The notes below the pieces were generated by a model. The model was not told the DNA's origin. It searched no databases and saw only the letters and a program-made list of their open reading frames with translations. Source: Lama guanicoe (Eukaryota). From it: a stretch of DNA of 64,000 nucleotides. Made by a program: the position numbers and the translations under genes. Of the stretch, positions 12,612 to 25,754 are shown in pieces. The DNA lies in assembly GCA_013239625.1 (NCBI GenBank), contig MU054033.1, forward strand, positions 62,001-126,000, in the 5' to 3' direction. Numbering within the stretch: position 1 is the stretch's first letter; each line of letters begins with the position of its first letter.

Positions 12612-12900
12612 AGTGGATTGATTGTACCACAGAGAGAAAAATAGGTTGGAAAATAAAAAAGGAACAGAGCCTCAGACCTATCAGACAATACCAGAAGTTT
12701 GAATATTTGTGTCCCTGAAATCCTAAAAGAGAGTTTGTGTGGAAAAAAAGAACTTTCTTCTCACTTGGGACTCAGAGAGGTGGGCCACCTCTAAGAGAAA
12801 TATCACCAAATAGGAAGCGTATCAAAGTTATCATGACCAAGAACAGACACACGGGCTTCACCAGACCATTCGTGCTTTTCTTCCCTCCCGTGTAACTTAC

Positions 12901-12975
12901 ATAAATTGCCTTTTGGGGAGACAAGGGTCCAGCCTCATGGTATTCTCGAGTGACAGCTTAGCAGATCTCTCTCTT
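12901..12975 (-). other. Candidate exon (RERSAKLSLENTMRLDPCLPKRQF)
   Basis: Acceptor ttcttctttcattgcag|, donor TAT|gtaagt; 75 nt, open only in phase 2-2; lies in a unique island between repeats. Confidence 0.5.
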
Positions 12976-13444
12976 CTGCAATGAAAGAAGAATTGTTACA
13001 GCGCGAGAAACCAAAAGTCTTGTCCTGCAAAGGGGTATTTTCCTCGGGTCACTGAGCAGCAGGCGCACTTGAGTTTTCTTAATAAAGTTCTGAACTATTG
13101 TCAGTGTAGCTACAGCCAAATTCAGTTCCAGCTCTGGCCTCTGGCCTCTTAGTCCCCCAGCCTCCAGCAGGCACCTTAAACACAGCTGTCCAGATGTTTC
13201 CACTTTTGTGGCCTTTCCCCAGCCCCCACATTTGCTTTTGTCTTTCCTCTTACTTCATATTTGCCCCTGTTCATATTCTAGTTTCCTCCAGCCTTTTCCT
13301 ACCCAGCCCCTACCACTCTTTCTCATCCCCCCTGCTCACTTTTTTTTCAGAATTTTCACTTAATCCATTTTCTCCTCAACAGTCCTTTTCTGTTTCTCTG
13401 GTCCCTCCCCATCACTTGTTCATTGATCGTGAAACATTCATTGA

Positions 13445-15660
13445 GAGAGATAATAACAAGTGTTGACAAGGATGTGAAGAAATTGGAACCCTCATACCCT
13501 GCTCCTGGGACTACGCGGTGGTGCCATTGCTGGAGAAAAAAGTCTAGAAGGAGAAATTCAGGGAACACGGTAGAGAAGGATGTGCCAGGAATCTGTCTCT
13601 CCACCTAGACAAAAGTTGCACTGACAGAGTCTGTCTGAGGTAACTATTTTGGAAATCTGGAGCCTATTGAAGGCTTGCAACTTCTGGGGAAAGTCTTGGA
13701 TGGTAAATTGCTGTCAATTTTGGGCAATTTCAGCTCTTAACACAGTAGCATCTACCCACCCCCCAACTCCAGCCAAGTGGCAGGCAGCTGCACACCTTTT
13801 CCTTGAGCAACTTGAATACAACTTGTGCGAGACAGGATGAGCAAAACGGACTCTGCTCCAAACGTGGGAGATGTGTGCTCTGATTGTCGACAGCTGCTTC
13901 TGATTACAGAGACGCAGATGAAGAGACAGGGCGCCATTGTAGTGGCATCTCCCATTGTTGCAAGCCCCTCCTCCTTTGGCTAATGGGATTTCCAGATTTC
14001 AATGGCTGGTACCATTTTATACCCACTATATTTTTTGCTTTTCCTCATTCAGGAGCCAGACATTAAAGACTAGGACATTCAAAAACAAGTTTACATACAG
14101 GAAAAAATTAGAAAGTGGCTGTGCATACCCAAGGAAAGACTCAGAAAAGCCGAAGAAGACATTGATTTTATACCAGAGGCTGCTTCTCAGCACAGAGAGG
14201 CCAGATTAATATTTTTAAAAATAAACCAAAAGAATGACAAAAGTAGCAAATGCTGGGGAAGGAGGAAAACCTTGATTTCCAGAGTTGCCAGATTATGAAA
14301 TTCAAATGTCCAATTTTGAAAAAAAAATTACAAGGCATAGAAAGAAACAAGAAAGTACGGCCAATTCAAAAGAAAAAAAAAATCAGCAAAATCTGTTCCT
14401 GAAAAACACTTAACAGAACATATGTCAGACGAAGACCTCAAAATAACAGTCTTAGAAGATGCTCTAAGAACTAAAGGAAGAAGAGGAGAAAGTCAAGAAA
14501 GCCATCTATGAACAAATTGGAAATATCAATGGAGACACAGAAAACCTAAAAAGAAACCAGAAGGAAATTCTGAAGCTGACAAGTCCAAAAACTGAAATTA
14601 AAGAAATCTACTAGAAGAGTTCAAAGACAGTTTTGAGCAGGCAGAAGACAGAAGCACTAAATTAAATGCAGGACAATGGAAATGATCAAGGCTGAGGAAC
14701 AAAAAGAAAAAAGACTGAAGAAAAAATGAACAGAATCTAAAAGAAATGAGGAACACCATCAAAAGAACCAACATATGCATTATGGGAGTCCCAGAAAAAG
14801 AAAAAGAGAGAGAAAGAGGCAGAGAGAATACTTGAAAAAATAATGACTAGAAGCTTCCCGAATTTGCAGAAAGACATGAATATAAGCATCCAAGAAACTC
14901 AGTAAACTCCAACTAAGATGAATTCAAAGAGACCCACACCAAGACATACTGTGATCAAACTTTTGGTATTTACTCAAATGAACTGAAAATGTATGACCAC
15001 ACAGAACCTGCACATGGTTGTTTATAGCCCCTTTATTCCTAATTGCCAAAAACTTAGAAGCAACCAAGACATCCTTAAACAAGAGAATGTGTAAATAAAC
15101 TGTGATACACTGAGACCATGGAATATTATACAGCACTAACAACAAATGAGCCATGAAGCCATGAAAAGACATGGAGGAATCTTAAATGCATATCACTAAG
15201 TGAAAGAAGCCAGTACGGAAAGGCTACAAACTATATGCTTCCAACTATGCGACATTCTGGAAATGCAAAACTGTGGAAGCAGTAAAAAGATCAGTGGTTG
15301 CCAAGGGTTAGAAGGGAGTGAGGGATAAATAGTTGGGACACAAAAGATTTTTAGGGCAGTAAAGCTGTTCTGTGTGATACTATAATGGTGGATACATGTC
15401 ATTATACATTTGTCCAAACCCACAGAATGTACACAAAAGTGAACCCCAGTATAACCCTTGCACTTTGGGGTGACAATGATGTATCAGTGTAGGTTTACCA
15501 GTTGTAACAAACATATCTCTCTGGTGACGGATGTTGATAGTGGACAAGGCTGTGCCTGTGTGGGGACAGGGGATATGCGGTAAATCTCCATACTTTGTGC
15601 TCGGTTTTGCTGTGAACCTAAAACTGCTCTGAAAAATAGCTTATTCTTTCAAAAAAAAAA
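13445..15660 (+). mobile_element. LINE-1 composite: short ORF2-end piece, 5'/ORF1 segment (to ~14960), then 3' end with A-tail
   Basis: ORF1-like A-rich decayed coding sequence (aagagacccacaccaagacat) abuts ggtatttactcaaatgaactgaaa...gctgtgaacctaaaactgctct and an A-tail. Confidence 0.8.
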
Positions 15661-15889
15661 TAACCACAAGTAACAAAGACATGAGCAACATTGTTCTATT
15701 ATTATTTTTATGGTGATTACATTGCTGATTCTCCTTACAGGGAATGCGGAAGTGTTTTAGACATGGTAGCGAATTTCTAACCACCGGCTCATTCCCTTGG
15801 AAACTTGAAAAATGTTTTAGAACTCATGCTGTCAACAGCAGTGGTTTGGCTTGAGAAAACCACTTACTCTCCATAGCAATGTAGTTTTA

Positions 15890-16008
15890 GGGAGGTGGAG
15901 GGTACAGCTCAGTGATAGAGCACTTGCTAGCATACACAAGGTCCTGGGTTCAATCCCCAGTGCCTCCATTAACAAAAAAATAATGAAATAAATACTTTTT
16001 TAAAAGGA
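15890..16008 (+). mobile_element. tRNA-Ala-derived SINE (camelid vic-1-like)
   Basis: ggagggtacagctcagtgatagagc...gtcctgggttcaatccccagtgcctcc with A and B boxes and an A-rich tail; TSD aatgtagtttta/aatgcagtttta. Confidence 0.88.
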
Positions 16009-16857
16009 AATGCAGTTTTAATTTAAAGCTACATTTAACCACAGGGATAAAAAGGAACACAGTGCTACAGTGGGCAGCCTTGTAAACCTCTTAAATGCCA
16101 CTGTGTGAACCTTCCGTTGAGAAATCCAGCCCAAAGGAATCCAGCAAAGGAGATCAGGATGCTGTCAAACTTGTCCTATTCCTTGTGGATCCGGAATGTC
16201 TGACTCCAGAAAACTGGCACTTCATTTTAATCAGGTCTTTCCAGAATCAGGACATTCCTCCTTCCCTTGGCTCCTTCACCATTTCCCTCCCAAACAAGAT
16301 GCACTCTGGGCTCAGGACAAATGTTGCCACACCCCTGAACACTCATTCGCTTGGAATGAAGAAAGGGCGGTTACAGATTAAAAAAAAAGAAAGTACAATG
16401 GGGCTTCATTTAAAAAATCAAATTGAATCCAGCTCAGTCCAGACTTTGGGTGAAGGAAGTATTTTGGGGCTCCACCTTGGGAGAGTTTAGACCTTGGATT
16501 TGGAGAGCAATTTGTACAAGATGGAGAACAAGTTGACTTTCAAATCAAGTAATTGTGAGGAGTGGGCAGGATAAGGACTACAGGGGTTTAGAGCCCCCCT
16601 GGGCCCCCTCAGTACTGCCCTCCTTCCACCACCTCCTCTCTGAGCCCTTCTCGGAGGCCCTACTGCTTGGACCAACACGGCGGCTCATGATGGGCTGTTA
16701 CATTGCCCTTCACGCCCTTCACACTTGGCTAACTCTACCTTGTCTCCCAGGCCGATTCCATTCATTTCAAGCAACCCTGAGGCTCACCCAAGCAGACAGA
16801 GTTCGCTGCGGTGGCCACAAAGGCAAGTCAGTGGTGAGTGGTGAAAGAAATGTTCAC

Positions 16858-17137
16858 CTGTTGAGGTATGTGGAAGGCATTCCAGCTTATACATAATTGG
16901 CTTGAACTTTGTGCTAACTAAAACACAGGCTGTCTTGTGGCTTATCAAATGTACACTGAATGTCAGTTTTACCCATTGAAGACAAGGGGGCATTGTCCAG
17001 GAGTACAGTGTCCATTCTGACGACAGGAATGAATTCCCCCCTTCCTGGGACGTCACGCTCTGATGACAAGGCTCCCTTTCCAGGCACCACGGCCATACTG
17101 ACGCTCTGTGTACGTGCCAATCTGACTTTTGTGAAAC
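16858..17137 (-). other. Candidate exon (SFTKVRLARTQSVSMAVVPGKG...DKPQDSLCFS*)
   Basis: Acceptor gtccttcaag|, donor CAG|gtgaac; joins 18956 in phase. One frame has stops at 16914 and 16887, another frame is open. Confidence 0.35.
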
Positions 17138-18955
17138 CTTGAAGGACTGTGTATCTATCATGTTTGATACTCTTTGTTCTGACAAAATATAAAACTGTCC
17201 TGAAAACCATGGTTGACCGGAGCCCTCCTCGGAGCTCTCCCCAGGCTGCCCACTCTCCTCTGTTCTTACTGCAGACTGGTTTGTTGATTACTTCCATCGA
17301 TCTAAGCAATCTTAGTGAGCACCCTGTCAAAGCCCCTTCATGTACAGATCGGGAAACTGAGGTCGAGAAAGTTGGGACACTCACCCAGGGACGTGAAGCA
17401 CCCAGCACAGGAGGGAGCGCAGCCACCGACAGGTCACACTTGTTCACTGTGACAAAGCCACCTGTGCCAACTCTCTGCCGCCTTCCTTTTAAACCTTTCT
17501 TGTTGATGTGGGAGGGAGAAGGGAGGTGAGAGCAGAACCATGACCTGGAGATCTTTTGCATTACGCTCTGATCGTAGTTTTGTTCAGAGCACCTGTGACT
17601 GCTTTCTCCAGCCTAGAACACCCGGATGAAGCCACTGGAATGCATGCCTGACCCTTCTCAGCTGGAGACCCAGGCCGGTCACCTGGTCACTCCCTGAGCT
17701 GGCTCTGAATGCATCCTCCAACTTTCTGGTAATGGCTCCCCTGCCCTTCCATCCCCAGTAAAACTGGAACTTCTCCAATGACAACAACTGCCAGTTATTA
17801 CTGCCTGTCACTGCACCAGGTGCTTCATAGTTATGAAACCATTTTATCTTCATGATAATCTAAGAGGACACAGTCATTCCTGTGGTGCAAATGAGAAACT
17901 AAGAACGCAGAGGCATTTTTTTTTTGATGTGCTGAGAGCCTTCAAGCTAGGACAGCAGCCCAGACCCGGCCAACTGGGCTCCCAGTTGGGGGACTGTGGC
18001 CTCCTGCCCCCACTGCAGCTCTCCTGAAAGACTCAAACTTAATGTTTTAAAAATATATTCCATGAACTCATCCCACCTGGAACCTAAGCTGGATCCAGAG
18101 CCCGGGCTCCTTGACAATCGAACATGGAGGACCGATGAGATTCCTTTCTTTCAGGGTCTTCATCTAATAAAGAAATGTAAGAGACGGAAAAAGAGAGGAA
18201 AAGAAGTGAGGAAGAGAGGAAGATACTACAGCAGAACTTCTCTGTATCAGCACATCTCATTCCTCTGGGAATATTCATAGCAGCGCATCAGGACACACAC
18301 ATACACGGACACGGATGCACGTGTGTATGCAGTGGTGTGCAGACATGAATACGTGTGTAATTTTATACTTAACTCTGATATACAGAACTGGTAAGGACTG
18401 CTAATGTGTGATTGTGGGTCATTGAAATGGAAACGCTCACCGCCTGTGAAAAACTGCTCCCAGAATGACAAATGCAAGCCATTCGTCTCAATCAGTGGAA
18501 CAGGAAGAGGGGACACCTGGGCATCCCCTGACCACCGGTAGGACATGAGAGCTCTGATTTCTCGTCTTCACAGTCACCGGGGAAGGTCACTGACTGTGCT
18601 GGGTGGAAAATGCCCCTCCCAGCCTCGTGCCTTTGCTCACGCTGTTCCCGTCTCCTGAAAACCCTTCTCAGTTCGTCCTCCTCCTCCTTAAAAGGCCCAG
18701 CTTAAGTCTTTCTGTGCCAGGAAATTTGTTCCTGACCAACACAAGCTCACGGCTCTCTCCTGGTCTGGACCCCCGCACGACGAGTTCTGCTCTCGTGTCA
18801 CTGCTGAGGCTGTAATGAGGAGTTACGGGGATGCACACGCCAGATCTTCATTCTTTCTTCCCTTCCCCCTGAAATTAGATAGTTGTGCCTTCTTTTGGCC
18901 GTTTTGATTTTGACTAAATTTTGTTTCCTTGGAAAGAATAGAATGGTGTTCATAC

Positions 18956-19144
18956 TTTCAAGCAGGTAAAACTCAGTTCTCCGCAGGAGGTGGAGTGAAG
19001 TTCTCCCGCGGAAGCCAGGGCAGATCCGGCCAGGAATGGCTGGCGTCGGGTCAGCTGCGGTGCCTGGTGATTCAGGGTCAGACACACTGAGCAACAGTCC
19101 ATCTGGGCGATGAAGGTCCATGACTGCTGCTGCGGTGAGTCTCC
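18956..19144 (-). other. Candidate exon with possible start codon at 19121 (MDLHRPDGLLLSVSDPESPG...LHLLRRTEFYLLE)
   Basis: Acceptor gggcccccag|, donor AAA|gtatga; gtcATGG Kozak-like context; open in two frames, so the frame is ambiguous. Confidence 0.35.
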
Positions 19145-21349
19145 CTGGGGGCCCAGGCACATTAGGGCCCGGTGCTCACACCTGGAACTCCAAGCGCTGC
19201 CCTGCTGTCTCCAGCCCAGACGCGGCCAGCTCACGCAGGGTCACACAGGGCCCATTCGGGGCTCCCCCACTTGCCTCAGTGAACCCTCAAGAGAAGTTAG
19301 GCCACGAGGATCATTGTCTGCACTCCAGATATTTATCTTTTATGGCCTTTGAGCTCATTATAAAGATATTCTCTTTAGATGCTCAGTGTAAATACTAAAG
19401 ATCGCTGATTAAGAGAAGACTGATTCTCCTTAAACACTAACAATAGTCATCCGAAAGAATGTTTATATTTTACTCATTGTAGGGAACAGAGGCAGAAATT
19501 TGCTTAGGACCCAGGACTCCTGACCTTGGGTCCTCGTGGTGACCTCAGAACCGGGGTGGCCTCTGCCCCAGGGCTCCCCAGGGCAACGCCAATCCATCAG
19601 CTCCTACTCAGAGGACCAGAGAAAACGCACTGACTCTAACAGGCCTCCTAAGAGACGGTGAAGGGTTCAGGGGTGCTAGTCCACACAACTGATTTACCCC
19701 TGCTTCTCTGTACCTGGATGGGTGGCAGCCAGACCACAGGAAGTAACTGCAACTCCTAGAAAAAAAGGAAATTACAAATTAACACAATGTCAATATAATA
19801 AAACAAAATCTGTTACCATAAAACCAAGAGGCGGACAATTGCTTTTCTTTCACAACACGTCGCCGTCTCTAACTAGCTGGGTGCCCTTGAACAGGGACCT
19901 TTATCCCCTCTCCTTCCAGCCCGGAGTTGTTCCCTCTGAAAAATGGCTGAACTTGAACTTGGCGGCTTCTGAATGCCCTTTGTGCCCTGCAGCCGCAGGT
20001 GCTCTGGACTGCTGGGCAGGGACGATGGCTTCCTGGTGGCCAAGGTGTTGAGTGAGAGCAGTGTGGTATACCACATGCTTGCAGCCACGACTTGATTTAA
20101 TTTAAGTAAGTAAAAACTTGAGCAATTGCTGCAAAGCGACCCAAAACGGTGCCACGGGTGGGCAGCTTCTGTTCATGTCCGCCAGGAGTCGTAAGGAGAC
20201 CTTTGGTGAGTGATCCAAAAACTGCCTATAGAACAAAAAGGAGTGGTACACACAGTGAGCCTACGACCCCGGGAAGAATGGGCAAGAGCTCGCCACTAAG
20301 TGTAAAGCCGAGGGGTGCCCGCACGGGAAAGCAAAAGGACACACAACAGCTCTACTTTCTGCACCGCAAAATCAGGGGAAAGCGCGAACTCAGTCCCCCA
20401 CAACCACAAATCATGTGGTCGAGTTTCCCACGTTTGGGAACATCGCAGGGGTCAGCACGTCCGGAGTGCGATGGATAAGGCTTGCCCTGGGAAAACCACC
20501 TTTGTGATCATGTATCTCCCCTGCCAGGCAGATTCGGTCTTAAGAACTTGTGCGCCAGGCATCAGAGCCGTTTGCTATTCACTAAATGCTTCTGGCTCTT
20601 TTCCAGACATGGGGTAAGGTCACACCCCTTTGCCACATGAGTAGAAGTGACTTGTCACCTTCATGCCAGAGCACTGACAGCCTGGGTGAAACTGACACTG
20701 ACACCATCACAGGTGAGTTGGACGAAGCGGGGAGCCGTCCTGCCAGAGACATCCCTTGAAGGTAGAGTGGATAGGACTTCCCGCTGTGGGGTGGGAGAGA
20801 ACGGTGGATCAAGGATGCTCCAAGGTCATTAACTGGAACCGCTGGGTGAATGGCATCACCATTTTCTAAGACGGGGAAGACTGAAGGTGAGCAAGTTTGA
20901 AAGCGGTTGCTAGATCCCCACATGGAGATGTCCCACAGGCAGGTGGATGTTTGGATCTGAGTTTCAGAGGTCCGGAATAGAAATGGACGTGAGTGCAGAT
21001 ACAGGGGCGAGGAGACACAAAGGCTTTGCTTTAGGGCACCCTAAAACTTTACTTTAAACTTGTCCCGTTTTCCCTATTAATCATTTTTCCTTAGATATTA
21101 CTTCTATTTGATCATATCGGGTATTAATTTCTAGTATACTTGGAAAAATACTTCGAAAATCTAAAAACATTTTCTAAAATTTTATTTTTTTCCTACCTTG
21201 GACTCCTGCCCACACAGAGACACTGAATAAAGTGAATGTTAACATAGTGACAGACTTTACCATAGTCTCTGAGAAGGCTTTATTAAAGCCCAGTGAAAAC
21301 CCATTTACTTTATAAATCAGGATCTTCCTAACTCTTAAATATAAATACT

Positions 21350-22330
21350 TACCTGAGAGTCACCACAGAGTTGGAAAAAAGCCTTTAACGTGAAAGAAAA
21401 GCACCAAAACAAAGAACCGAAAGAACTTGGCTTTTCAGTTGTGACACTAGTGTAAGCTGTTTAACGACAGGGGACCCGGTTGTGAGTTATGCAGAACTCT
21501 CTGTATGATCTTCACAACTTGTCTATAAATCTAAAACTATCATAAAATTAAAAGCTTACAAAAATAATTTGGGGAAACAGGGTTACTGTGAAATGAAGAA
21601 GGAAAAATACAATGAATATTTTTAGAAAAATAAGAATATGTTGCATTCATGAGGCAAGAGCCTTATGCCGTACGAAGGAACATCCCCAGTTAACAAGGAA
21701 GACCTCTTTGGAATTAAAAATATGGAAGCAGAGCTGAAAGAAGGTACTAAAAATCTTGAAAGATAAAGCAACGTCCTGGGAAGTAGAACAAAAAAGCAAA
21801 GAGAGAGAAAACAGGGACAAAAGACACATGGATGAGAGAAGCAGCTTAGGAACTGCACGATGCAAATACTTGAATTCCAGAAAGGCAGCACGCGGGAAAA
21901 GGTGGTGAGGGAGCAAACTAAGACATAACAGAAGAAAACTCCCCAAAGGACGTGATCTTCCTGATTGAAAGATTCCCTCCAGCTTCCAACATACTGATTA
22001 TAAAAAGGCCCGCAACTCGTTGTACTATTGCAAAGCTAAAGGAAAGTGAAAAACCAGAAAGCTCCTAAATCTCCTACAAGGAGGGACAGAAGGACAGGTC
22101 ACATAAAAAGGATCCATGGAAAGACGGCATCAGGCTTCTCATTAGCAGCAGAGCGATACCTCCCAGCTTCTCAAGGGAATGACTTCCAGCAAAGGAGTCT
22201 ATCATGAATTGTCAACCAACAACACAAGCAGAACGAAGACGCATGGTGGACCAGAATACTGACACCAGGATTTTTACCAAAATGAAGCAGAAAAGGTCAA
22301 AAACTGGAAATTTGGGCAGAAAGTTAATTT
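21350..22330 (+). mobile_element. Degraded HAL1/L1M ORF1-like fragment
   Basis: A-rich decayed ORF1-like sequence (gaattaaaaatatg...aaatacttgaattccagaaagg...catcaggcttctcattagcagca). Confidence 0.5.
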
Positions 22331-22772
22331 ATATAAAAGATAAACATATACACATAAAGAAAAAGGAGTTCTTCATTGTGGCAAAACACACACACACAAC
22401 AAAATTTACCACTGTAACCACTTTTAAGTGTGTAACTCAGTAGCATCAAGCATCCTTTTATGTGCTTGGGGACAAGAAATGTCTGTTCAAGTCCTTCGCC
22501 CATTTTTAACTGGGTTGCTTGTTTTTGCTGTTGTTCAGTTGTAGGAGATCTTTATATAGTTTGGATGTTAATCTCTCATCAGTTATGTAGCTTGCAAATA
22601 TTTTCTCCCAAAAATAATTTTTTTCCCCAAAAGATAACATAAATAATGAGGCAGAAGTAGTCAAAGCAGTTGTTCAAGAACTGAAGAAAGACATCATTCT
22701 TCAGTTTGGAAGAACGTACCTAGTACCCGGAAGACTAAATTTTAAAATGTTTAACATTACTATGTATAATGC

Positions 22773-22773
<1 letters not shown>

Positions 22774-22811
<38 letters not shown>
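22774..22811 (+). repeat. (TG)19 microsatellite
   Basis: Direct reading. Confidence 0.95.
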
Positions 22812-22813
<2 letters not shown>

Positions 22814-22839
22814 GTGTTAGTCTATTGATAGTGAAGCTC

Positions 22840-23985
22840 TTGATTAAGGATGCCTGAGACACTTGCCCAGGGCCTGTATAGTAGCCAGCCCCCACAGATT
22901 CCCTGACCTGAGCCAATGGTGTGACTGGTCCAGCCCTTGTGATTCTTACTAAGATTGCAGGATGCACTTCAGCAAAAACCATCGGGGAACTTTGAGGAGC
23001 AAGATTTATTACTCATAGGTCTTGGAGGGCACACAGTGTGCTCCAGGGTGACACTGTGAAGTCATGGGAGGGAGAGGGACAGAGAAATAGAAGGAGAACC
23101 TGGAACTCAGCCTTTGCTAGGGTCCAAGGGTAGGGTGTCTAGGATTCTGTAGGTTCACTCTGTCAGGAGGAAGAGATTTTCCTCTACCTCTTTAGATTCT
23201 TCTGATGAGTCTCAGAATCAAATTGGCATGAAATAGATTAACAGGAGAAAATTGTACAGAAGTTTAATAACCTGTCTGTGTGGGAGAGACCCAGGGTAAC
23301 TGAGTAACTCACCCAAATGGCTGAAACCATCCCCTTAAAGACCATCTTCAGCTAGAGACAAAACAGGACTTGGAGGGTAGTGGTTTGGGACTGCAAAGGG
23401 GAGAATGAAAAGCAAATGTTTGGCAAACAAATGTTTGCTGGACCAGGCAGAGGCAGCGGGACACAGAGAGGAACTTTGACAAACAGACCTTGCTAGGTTC
23501 CTCCCTGTCTGCACACCCAGTTCTTACTTCGTTATCTATGGTGATAGAAAACTTACTGCGACATTCTTCAGGTAGTTAGGAGGATGGTCAAAGTTTCTTC
23601 CCAAGTCTTTTGGCTTCAATTGTTTTCAGCTCACAGTAATCTGCAAGCCAAAGAGACATTGTGGGGTGATAAATTTTGCTCCTCTGCAGTGAGGCCTTCG
23701 GAACTTCTCTTAAGTAGTCTTCACAGTCCAGAAGTTTAGTTGATAGATTGCTTTCTACCTTGTTGAACCAGCCTCTTAGTCCTGACAGTGGGTCGGTTCA
23801 GTTACTTACCTCAGGAAGCGGTGAGGCAGGTGAGCTCTCAAAGTTAGGTATAGGGTGTGAGCAATCAGGTGTTTAATAAGAGGCATTTCTATGGCGACAA
23901 AAGAAAAACAATGGTTAATAACTGGAGCAAATTATAAACCCAGTGTCTGGGTCCTGAGTGCTGCCACTCAAGGAGATGTCAGGGT
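22840..23985. mobile_element. Cluster of ERV LTR/internal fragments, including a TG...CA solo LTR at ~23161-23688
   Basis: tgtcaggaggaagagattttcctctacc...aaattttgctcctctgca; neighbouring LTR-like pieces; subfamily not resolved. Confidence 0.6.
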
Positions 23986-24252
23986 TGTCGACTGAAAAAA
24001 AAAGAAGCACAGCCTAAAAGTTGAGAATTACATTTTATTCTGCAGGCTTTCTGAGGACTCAAGCCCAGGAGGCAGATAGCTCTAAGGGGCTGCTCCAAAG
24101 AGGAGCCAGGGTATATAGGAGGTTATGCAACAAAAACCATTTAATCAGAACATTAAAAGATTACTACTAATTACAGAAAACCAGACATCTCAAATCGATG
24201 AATTTACTGATCTTCTACGTATGGCAAGGTGCAAAAGTCTGGGCTCACTGAA
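23986..24252 (-). mobile_element. MER41-like ERV1 LTR, truncated
   Basis: tgtcgactgaaaaaaaa..gcacagcctaaaagttgagaatt...ccagacatctcaa; homologous to 24703-25210. Confidence 0.65.
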
Positions 24253-24702
24253 CGACAAACTTATTGCAGCATGGGAGGAAAACGCAAGTGCGGTGAAGAT
24301 GGCCTTTCTAAGCAAGGCACAGGCCCACAGGCAATAAAGGAACTGACTGACACATTCCATAAAATTTAAAATGTAGGTATGAAAAAAGACACCATAAACA
24401 GCTAGACAGAAACTGGGCAAAAATAATTGTCAGACGTGAAATAGGAAAATATAAGATATTCAAGATGTATGAAGAGCTCTTATAAATCCACTGGAAAGTG
24501 AAAAATAACTAATAGAAAAATGGGCGAGGAGTGTGGGTTGATGATTCACAAAAGGACTACAAATACTAAGAAACATGTAAGAATAAACATGAATAGTCAG
24601 CAGTGTGGAAAATTAAACTCAGCGAGGCATCATTTTATCTCCGTTAAATTGGCCAAAAATGTTAAAAGACTAATAACATCCATCACGGCTACAGTGTGGA
24701 TA

Positions 24703-25210
24703 GTCAGCTGAAAAAAGTGCACACCCCAGAAGTTGAGAGTGATGTTCTACTAGGCACACATTTCTAAGGACTTAAGCCCAGGACGACAGCCTCTCAGATG
24801 GCTCTGAGGGATCTCTCTTAAGAGGTAAGGGAGGGGCCAGGGTATAGAGGCACTTTTGCAAAAAAAGACCAGATAGTCAGAACATCAAAAGATTATTGTT
24901 AACTAAAGAAAACCATGTATCTCAAGCTAAGGAATTTAGCACTTTTTTACAAAGGGAAGATGCAAAAGTCTGCGTTCACTGAAAACATTCCTTTGATATG
25001 CACTGAGGTATGTAGGGCCATATCCCTTTCCTTCCCATCCTGAGTTCCCTCAAGGGGCACCTTTGGGGGTGGCTGCAGAGGCCCGGCTGCCTGCATGTTT
25101 TCATCCTGAGGTCCCCCTGGCTGACCCTGGGGTGCAGCAGCAGTGGACGATGACTTGATGGCCGCAGCAGCCTTTGTTTACTGATAAGGCAGGCAATATT
25201 TTTAATTCAT
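24703..25210 (-). mobile_element. MER41-like ERV1 solo LTR inserted into an old L1
   Basis: Clear similarity to 23986-24252 (agttgagag..gaggac..aagcccagga..cagatggctctgaggg..aacatcaaaagattattg..gaaaacca); flanked by L1 ORF2-like remnants. Confidence 0.65.
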
Positions 25211-25754
25211 AATACACTTTCTAACGTTTTAAACTGGGTTGAGCCATTCTGGACAGCAGTATGGCGGTATTTATCAACATTAACAACATGCATATTCTTT
25301 GAGTAATATTGTCAGAAACTACCCCAGCATACACAGAAAGGCATATGCACACTGATGTTCCCCACGGCATTGTTTGTAATAGGTGAAAAAGTGGGCGAAA
25401 CCTAAATGTTCACCAATGTTAAATAAAACGGAATGAGAAACACACACAACAAATTATCACAAGAAACAGGCTTCTTCACTGATTAAAAACACGAGATTTA
25501 TAGCCGAAAAAAAGCAAGTTGTAGACTATTGTCCCTATTTTCCGAGTTATATTTAAGAAATCCAACCGAAGTGTTTGTGCACACCACGTTTGCTTACGTA
25601 GGCTCTTGAAGGTTGCACACCAGACTTACACGACTTAATACCCCGCAAAGCCTTAGGCTATGCCTTATGCACGGTGTTACATGGGAGCTAGCTTTTTTTT
25701 TTTTTGATGATACATTCCTAGATCACTTCTGTAATTTAAAAGTAAAATACGTCT

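Noticed and set aside
21353..21382. 30-nt minus-strand exon candidate with a CAG|gtaagt donor
   Set aside because: It overlaps the start of the HAL1/L1-like remnant, whose antisense T-rich sequence mimics an acceptor.
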